DNA from: Phycisphaera mikurensis NBRC 102666
GTDB taxonomy: Bacteria > Planctomycetota > Phycisphaerae > Phycisphaerales > Phycisphaeraceae
DNA length: 32,000 nucleotides
Reading direction: 5' to 3'
NCBI RefSeq assembly: GCF_000284115.1
Contig: NC_017080.1
Span: 2,760,001 to 2,792,000 of the forward strand
Both the position numbers and the translations under genes were made by a program. This document shows, one piece after another, positions 26,686 through 32,000 of this stretch. Within the stretch, counting starts at the first letter, position 1. Every line of letters begins with the position of its first letter. The notes below the pieces were generated by a model. The model did not search any database and had not been told where the DNA came from. It saw only the letters and a list, made by a program, of their open reading frames with translations.

Positions 26686-26774
26686 AATAACATCTTCGGG
26701 GCCTGCTGCAGCCTCCCGGCGAAGTCGCGGGCACGAAGGAGCTTGCGCCACCCGGGCCGGCCGCCGCCGAGCGG

Positions 26775-26820
26775 CCGCGGACCGCCGCCCCGGCCGCCCC
26801 GCAACGCCCGCGGTCCGCGG
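26775..26820. repeat. 46-bp palindromic element, copy 6: CCGCGGACCG-N26-CGGTCCGCGG
   Basis: Arms 26775-26784 and 26811-26820 are perfect. Loop is 26 nt. Intergenic, just past the GT25 stop. Confidence 0.95.
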
Positions 26821-26829
26821 CGGGGCTTG

Positions 26830-27588
26830 CTACCGCCCCGCGGCCCGGCGGGTGAGCTTCACGGCCCAGCGGGCGCCGTCGTTGACGGTCTGGTACGGGT
26901 ACGTGGTCGCCCACCGCCTCCACGCGGGCAGCTTCTGCTTCGCGGCGGGCTTGCCGTCGCTGGTGGAGCTGCCCAGGCTGTGGCCGGTCTGGTCGATCGG
27001 GAAGGGGCGGACGCGGGCGGCCTTCAAGCCGAACCACCACTCGCGGTCGATGTGGTGGTCCCAGGGCAGCCACTGCGGCGGGACCCGCTCCGCGAAGACG
27101 GCGGCCGCGCGGCGGTTCATGAGGTACCCGCCGGCGCCCTTGAGGCGGTCGCAGGTGAGCGCGAGGTGGTGGCGTTCGGTGAGCGGCGCGAGCTTCAGCG
27201 GCTTCGCTTCGGAGAGGCCCGAGAGCCGCAGCACGTCCCAGTGGCGGCGCTGCTCCATCGCCGCGGCGAGCACGCCGGGCAGGTCCGGCTCGGGCCGGAC
27301 GTCGTCCTCCAGGAAGAGCGCGGCCTCGCCGGTCCGGGCGGGGTCGCTGCCGTGGAAGCGGCGGATCATGCGGATCTGGCTCTGGAAGACGCCGACCTTC
27401 CCCATCGCGATCCGCCGCCCGTGGTACCGCTCGTACGCGGCCTCGTCGAACATCGGGTGCGGGAGCGTCAACGCCCGCCCGTCGACGCCGGGCACCCGCT
27501 CGGGCTCGATGCCCAGCGGGGCGAAGCGGGCGAGCAGCCGCTCCCACCGCTGGGTTTCGCCGTCGAGGTTGATCGCGTAAGCCTTCAT
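26830..27588 (-). CDS. Glycosyltransferase family 25-like protein
   Basis: MKAYAINLDGETQRWERLLARFAPLGIEPERVPGVDGR, GKVGVFQSQIRMIRRF, ALFLEDDVRP, GAGGYLMNRRAA. Confidence 0.85.
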   Translation of the reverse strand: MKAYAINLDGETQRWERLLARFAPLGIEPERVPGVDGRALTLPHPMFDEAAYERYHGRRIAMGKVGVFQSQIRMIRRFHGSDPARTGEAALFLEDDVRPEPDLPGVLAAAMEQRRHWDVLRLSGLSEAKPLKLAPLTERHHLALTCDRLKGAGGYLMNRRAAAVFAERVPPQWLPWDHHIDREWWFGLKAARVRPFPIDQTGHSLGSSTSDGKPAAKQKLPAWRRWATTYPYQTVNDGARWAVKLTRRAAGR

Positions 27589-27685
27589 CGCCGGAACGGC
27601 TGGGGATGGGCGTTGATGGGCCTCCGCCCGGCGGCGAGCTCCCGGGAGCACCCGTCGCGGGAAGGCCCGGGCCGGATGCTCCGCC

Positions 27686-29359
27686 TCAGAGCGCGACGTA
27701 CTCGACGTCGCTGGTCAGCACCGCGTCCCCCTCGGGCCCGTGGACCTCGTCCAGGAAAGCGCCGCCCATCTCGGCACGCACCTTCTGGGCGTCGTACCGC
27801 GCGGCCTTCTCCCCGTCGAGCAGGCCCAGCAGCTCCAGGGCGATGCGGCCCTCGGGGCGGGCGCCCTCGCGGGGGGCCAGCGCCGCCTCGAAGCTCTGCA
27901 TCCGGTGCCTGTGGTTCTCGAAGCTGCCTTCCTTCTCGAGCCAGGTGCAGCCGGGCAGCAGCACGTCGACTTCGTCCCGCTCGGTCAGGCCGCTGGGCAG
28001 CGTGTCGATGAGCACGGTGAACGCCTCGCTCTTCTGCAAGACGCTGCGCAGCCGCGGGGTGGCCCAGGCGCTGGGGTAGTTGCCGGTGAGCAGCACGCGG
28101 CCGACCGAGCCCGAGCCGAGCAGGTCCTCGGCGGCGGCCGCGTCGAGGACGTCGTCGGCGTCGACCAGCCGCTCCAGGGCCCGGCGGACGCCGCGGGCGT
28201 TGGGCGCCTTTTCCGCGACGACGGTGTACCCGCCCGGGAAGCTCTTGTCCTCGCCGTCGACGGGCACGGGGCCGATCGCCAGCTTCGCCGCGGGCGCGAG
28301 CTTGAGCGCGAGGCGGCCGAGCAGGTACGCCTCCTCGGAGGGCAGCATCGGGCTGATGATCGCGAGGAGGTCGCCGTCGCCCTCGCCCAGCCGCTTCCGG
28401 GTCGTCCGGTAGGCCTGCTCCCAGTCGCACGCTTCCAGCACGCCGTGCGTGCGGCGCATGGGCTTGGCGAAGCGCTCCTCGCTGTGCACGAACTTCCAGC
28501 CGTAGCGGATCTCGTCGCTGGTCCACCAGCGGTTGACGTCCATGTTGGTCCGCGGCTTGAAGCGGTAGACCTTGCCCTCGTTGGTCTCCACCGAGAGGTT
28601 GTCGCCGCTGGCGGTGATGCCGTCGATGCTCGCGGTGCGGGTGAGGTTCCACACCCGCATCGTCATGAGGAAGTCCTTGTCGAGCAGGGCGCCCACCGGG
28701 CAGATGTCGACGACGTTGCCGGCGAGCTCGTTGTCCAGGGCCCGACCGGGGAAGACGTCGATCTGCTCGGACGAGCCGCGGCCGAAGATGCCCAGTTCGT
28801 GGGTGCCGCTGACCTCGCGCGTGAACCGCACGCAGCGGCTGCACATGATGCAGCGGTCGCTGTAGAGCAGGATGTTGGGGCCGACGTCCTTCTTGGGCTG
28901 CTTGAGCTTGGCCTCGACGAAGCGGCTCTGCGAGTTGCCGTAGCGGTAGGAGTAGTCCTGCAGGCTGCACTCGCCGGCCTGGTCGCACACCGGGCAGTCC
29001 AGCGGGTGGTTGATGAGCAGCATCTCCATGACGCTCTTCTGGTTGGCCACGCTCTTGGGGCTGCGCAGGTGGACGACCGCGCCGTCGACGGCGGGCGTCT
29101 GGCAGGTGGGCACGAGCTTGGGGATGAGCTCGAGCTTGTTGTCGTTCCGCGGGTTGGGCTGGCTCACCTCGGCGAGGCAGATGCGGCAGGAGGCGACCAC
29201 CGGCAGGCCCGGGTGGTAGCAGTAGTGCGGGATCTCCACGCCGCCGTCGAGGGCGGCCTGGAGCAGCGAGGTCTTGCCCTCGAAGGTGCACTGGATTCCG
29301 TCGACGGAGATGGAGGGCAAAGGGGGGGGTTCCGGGGTGGGGCGTGCGGGCGCGGGCAA
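27686..29359 (-). CDS. nuoG: NADH-quinone oxidoreductase subunit G-like (Fe-S and molybdopterin-type domain)
   Basis: IPHYCYHPGLPVVASCRICLAEV, HPLDCPVCDQAGECSLQDYS, SDRCIMCSRCVRFTREVSGTHELGIFGRG, GNVVDICPVGALLDKDF. Confidence 0.92.
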   Translation of the reverse strand: MPAPARPTPEPPPLPSISVDGIQCTFEGKTSLLQAALDGGVEIPHYCYHPGLPVVASCRICLAEVSQPNPRNDNKLELIPKLVPTCQTPAVDGAVVHLRSPKSVANQKSVMEMLLINHPLDCPVCDQAGECSLQDYSYRYGNSQSRFVEAKLKQPKKDVGPNILLYSDRCIMCSRCVRFTREVSGTHELGIFGRGSSEQIDVFPGRALDNELAGNVVDICPVGALLDKDFLMTMRVWNLTRTASIDGITASGDNLSVETNEGKVYRFKPRTNMDVNRWWTSDEIRYGWKFVHSEERFAKPMRRTHGVLEACDWEQAYRTTRKRLGEGDGDLLAIISPMLPSEEAYLLGRLALKLAPAAKLAIGPVPVDGEDKSFPGGYTVVAEKAPNARGVRRALERLVDADDVLDAAAAEDLLGSGSVGRVLLTGNYPSAWATPRLRSVLQKSEAFTVLIDTLPSGLTERDEVDVLLPGCTWLEKEGSFENHRHRMQSFEAALAPREGARPEGRIALELLGLLDGEKAARYDAQKVRAEMGGAFLDEVHGPEGDAVLTSDVEYVAL

Positions 29360-29400
29360 GAGAGTTTAGGGGGCGGGGGCGGGGTGCCCGGTCGGGGGCA

Positions 29401-29707
29401 AGCGGTGAAGCGGGGAAGCGAAGAAGCGGAGAAGTCAGAAGGAGAGGACGCTCGACCCAGCGCGGTCGACGCAGCCGCCGCGCCTGACTGACTTCCCCAC
29501 TTCTTCGCTTCCTCGCTTCCTCGCTTCTTCGCTTCCTCGCTTCTTCGCTTCCTCGCTTCCTCGCTTCTTCGCTTCTTCGCTTCTTCGCTTCCTCGCTTCC
29601 TCGCTTCCTCGCTTCCTCGCTTCTTCGCTTCCTCGCTTCTTCGCTTCCTCGCTTCCTCGCTTCTTCGCTTCTTCGCTTCTTCGCTTCCTCGCTTCTTCGC
29701 TTCCTCG
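29401..29707. repeat. Long imperfect inverted repeat plus 26-unit satellite of CTTC[T/C]TCG, element B
   Basis: Arm 29401-29438 against 29488-29525 is 33/38 complementary around a 49-nt centre. From 29500 to 29707 there are 26 gapless octamers differing only at position 5. Confidence 0.92.
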
Positions 29708-29731
29708 CTTGCCTGGCGCAGCCCCGCCCCC

Positions 29732-30271
29732 CTACTCCCTGCCCCGCTCCAGCCCCGACCACCTCCGCAACGCGAAGAGGACCAACCCCAGCGGGACCGC
29801 GGCGGCGGCGCTGAGCAGGAGGCGGCCGACGCGGTGGCGCAGCTCGCGGCTTGGGACCCAGCCCAGCGGCGGCCCGCCGGGCAGCGGGCCCAGGCCGCGG
29901 AGGGTCACCAGCGAGGTGGCGACCAGCTCGGCGAAGAAGCCGCCCAAGAGCACCATCAGCACGAGCGTCACCACCGAGCCGCGGAAGAGCGAGCCGCGGG
30001 CGAGGACCACGGCGTAGGCCCCGACGACGTAGCCCAGCGTGCGCGGTCCGGCGATGGCGGGGCCCTCGAAGGGGCTGCCGAGCAGGTCGGCGAGCAGGCC
30101 GCCGACCACCGCCAGCCGCACGGCGGGCACGGCGGGGCCCACCAGGGCGGCGTACATCACCAGCACGAGCAGCGGCTCGGGCGCCACGCCGCCGAGGCGC
30201 CACCACGGCTCCAGGCCCTCCTGCAGCAGGACGGCGGCGAGCGTCAGGATCGCGGCGGGGACGAGGCTCAA
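29732..30271 (-). CDS. mreD: Rod shape-determining protein MreD
   Basis: 179-aa multi-TM protein (LVVGGLLADLLGSPFEGPAIAGPRTLGYVVGAYAV...). Overlaps the mreC stop by 4 nt (ATGA). Confidence 0.8.
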   Translation of the reverse strand: MSLVPAAILTLAAVLLQEGLEPWWRLGGVAPEPLLVLVMYAALVGPAVPAVRLAVVGGLLADLLGSPFEGPAIAGPRTLGYVVGAYAVVLARGSLFRGSVVTLVLMVLLGGFFAELVATSLVTLRGLGPLPGGPPLGWVPSRELRHRVGRLLLSAAAAVPLGLVLFALRRWSGLERGRE

Positions 30272-31134
30272 CGCGCCTCCCCCTCCTCCTCCTCATCGGG
30301 CACCAGCACGGTGACCCGCGGCAGGCGCAGCAGGTCGCGCACGGGGTCGACCCGGACCTCCAGCAGCAGCTGCGGGTCGGCGGGCAGCGGGCGGACCCCG
30401 GACACGCGGCCGAGCTGGAAGCCCCGGGCGGTGGACATCAGCAGGTCGTCGTCGAGCCAGACGGCGTCGCCGGCGGCGATCGGCGCGTCCAGCGGGAGCT
30501 CGCGGGTGACGAAGCCGCCGGCCGCGGCGTCGGGCACCAGCCGGGTGCGGTAGCGGCGGGCGCCGTCGGCCGAGCGGATCTCCACCGCGAGCGAGCTCGC
30601 GAAGCCGAACAGCGGGGCGACCCGGGCCGAGCCCGCGGCGACCGGCGGCACCACGCGGCCGACGACCGCGTCCTGGAAGACGACCGGCTGGTCGGGGGCG
30701 AGGCCCTCCCGCCGCCCGGCGTCGACGCTGACCTCCGGCAGCGCCCCGCCCCCCCGCTGCCCGGTCACCCGCGCCGAGACCTCATCGACACGCCGGCGGC
30801 CTTCTCGCAGGAGCCGGTCCCGCACCGGCCCCTGCTCGGCCAGCCGCTGCACGGCGTCTTCGTAGAGCCGGCGCAGACGCTGCGTCTCCACGCGCAGCGT
30901 CTCGTTCTCGCGCCGCAGCGCGAGCCCCTCCGCTTCGCCCGGCGCCGGCTCCGCCCCGCGGCGCACCGCGACGCCGAGCCGGTACAGCGGCGTCGCCGGC
31001 CACGCGATCGTGCGGACCACCGGACCGAGCACCCGCCCGGGCAGCGTCGCGACCGGCGTCGGCGCGAGCGCAAGCACCCCGGCGAGGCCCGCGATCCCGA
31101 AGCTGAGCCGGTGGTCTCTCAAAAACTGCCCCAA
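30268..31134 (-). CDS. mreC: Rod shape-determining protein MreC
   Basis: N-terminal TM, coiled coil LRRENETLRVETQRLRRLYEDA, VSVDAGRREGLAPDQPVV...AVVGRVVPPVAAGSARVAPL. Confidence 0.85.
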   Translation of the reverse strand: MGQFLRDHRLSFGIAGLAGVLALAPTPVATLPGRVLGPVVRTIAWPATPLYRLGVAVRRGAEPAPGEAEGLALRRENETLRVETQRLRRLYEDAVQRLAEQGPVRDRLLREGRRRVDEVSARVTGQRGGGALPEVSVDAGRREGLAPDQPVVFQDAVVGRVVPPVAAGSARVAPLFGFASSLAVEIRSADGARRYRTRLVPDAAAGGFVTRELPLDAPIAAGDAVWLDDDLLMSTARGFQLGRVSGVRPLPADPQLLLEVRVDPVRDLLRLPRVTVLVPDEEEEGEAR

Positions 31135-31147
31135 TCCCCAAGCCCGC

Positions 31148-31193
31148 CCGCGGACCGTACCGATTCGGCGGCGGGAAGCGTCGCGGTCCGCGG
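31148..31193. repeat. 46-bp palindromic element, copy 7: CCGCGGACCG-N26-CGGTCCGCGG
   Basis: Arms 31148-31157 and 31184-31193 are perfect. Loop is 26 nt. Intergenic, between fliR and mreC. Confidence 0.95.
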
Positions 31194-31204
31194 CTTCTGC
31201 ACGC

Positions 31205-32000
31205 TCACCCGCCCAGGAAGATCCGGTGCGCCCCCTCGAAGGCGTGCCGGAACGACCCGTCGGTCAGCCGCGCGATGGTTGCCAGCGACACCGCCACCAC
31301 CGCGGTCGACATGAGGATGCGCGTCACGAAGCCGACCGAGAGGATGTTCATCTGCGGGACGGTGCGGGCGATGAAGCCCATCGCCACGCTCTCGAGGAAG
31401 AGCACCGCGAGCACCGGCATCGAGACCTGCACCACCAGCTCGATCATCGCCTGCAGCAGCCCGACGATCACCTCCATCACGGCGCCGAAGTCGGTCATCC
31501 CGCCGGGGGGCACGTGCTCGAAGCTGCCGACGAGGACCTGGATCAGCAGGTGGTGGCCGCCGAGGGCGAGGAACACGACCAACGCGAGCAGGTAGAGGAA
31601 CTGACCCAGCACGCCCGAGTCGTCCTGCAGCTCGGGGTTGAAGACGCCGCCGAGCTGCAGGCCCATCTGCTGGCCGATGACCAGCCCCGCCGCCTGCGCA
31701 CCCGCGAGCGGCAGCATCGCCACGTAGCCGAGGACGTAGCCGACGGCGAGCTCCAGCCCCATGAGCGGGGCGAGCGCGAACAGCGAGAACTCGGCCCCGC
31801 GCAGCCCGGCGAGCGGAGCCTCGGGACCGACCGCGACGACGGGGAAGCAGATCGCCGCCAGCCCGACGGCGAGGAAGGCCCGCACCTGCCGCGGCACGCC
31901 GGAGCTGGCGAGGATCGGCGAGAGGATGAACATCCCCGAGAGGCGCGTGAGCAAGAGCAGGAACGGCGGGAGCCACTCCAGCAGGGGCTGGAGGCCGCTC
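31205..32000 (-). CDS. fliR: Flagellar biosynthesis protein FliR (5' end beyond window)
   Basis: LLTRLSGMFILSPILASSGVPRQVRAFLAVGLAAICFPV..., GLVIGQQMGLQLGGVFNPELQDDSGVLGQFLYLLALVVFLALGGHHLLI, GFIARTVPQMNILSVGF. The frame stays open to the window edge (GLQPLLEWLPPFLLLLTRLSG). Confidence 0.93.
   Translation of the reverse strand, partial: SGLQPLLEWLPPFLLLLTRLSGMFILSPILASSGVPRQVRAFLAVGLAAICFPVVAVGPEAPLAGLRGAEFSLFALAPLMGLELAVGYVLGYVAMLPLAGAQAAGLVIGQQMGLQLGGVFNPELQDDSGVLGQFLYLLALVVFLALGGHHLLIQVLVGSFEHVPPGGMTDFGAVMEVIVGLLQAMIELVVQVSMPVLAVLFLESVAMGFIARTVPQMNILSVGFVTRILMSTAVVAVSLATIARLTDGSFRHAFEGAHRIFLGG

Noticed and set aside
29500-29707. CRISPR array
   Set aside because: Repeats are 8 bp and contiguous with no spacers, and no cas genes are present.
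27585-30296. 903-aa minus-strand ORF containing KRRSEEARKRGSEEA repeats
   Set aside because: The repetitive protein is an out-of-frame reading of the 8-bp satellite, and the remainder is nuoG shadow sequence. I treat it as DNA repeat, not a coiled-coil protein.
4126-31193. CRISPR-like or attC-like reading of the 46-bp palindromes
   Set aside because: Copies are dispersed 2-8 kb apart. No integrase or cas genes are present, and loops do not look like acquired spacers. Treated as a dispersed palindromic element.

Overview
High-GC bacterial chromosome window, most like Planctomycetota (Phycisphaerae-type) judging from protein style. This lineage call is inference. I support 24 protein-coding genes, mostly housekeeping or metabolic. 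In order: a partial membrane protein, a TrkA-like K+ uptake protein, phosphatidylserine decarboxylase, rhomboid protease, a hypothetical coupled to an ArgA-like GNAT, Mfd, an alpha/beta hydrolase, a SpoIIE-type phosphatase, GlpD, GlpK, a YbjN-like protein, GAF/degenerate-GGDEF/EAL, a FlgM-like protein, an AnmK-MurQ fusion, PPK2, GyrB/ParE, a metallophosphoesterase, GH1, GH53, GT25, NuoG, MreD, MreC and FliR (partial). I saw no rRNA, tRNA, CRISPR array or transposase gene. The strongest unexplained signal is a dispersed 46-bp palindromic element, CCGCGGACCG-N26-CGGTCCGCGG. It has six copies with perfect arms and a seventh with one arm mismatch. The loop is always exactly 26 nt although its sequence varies. 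Four copies are intergenic, one overlaps the start codon of the SpoIIE-like gene, one lies in frame in glpK, and one sits in the linker of the AnmK-MurQ fusion. A second signal is a pair of intergenic elements, each an inverted repeat around a 49-50 nt centre that runs into an 8-bp satellite; one satellite has 26 uninterrupted units CTTC[T/C]TCG varying at a single position. Other observations are a probable ATC start for trkA, an 18-bp tandem repeat in the glpK/glpD overlap, stacked hairpins in the FlgM-like leader, and tandem palindromes upstream of GH53. I do not see an obvious new defence or biosynthetic system.
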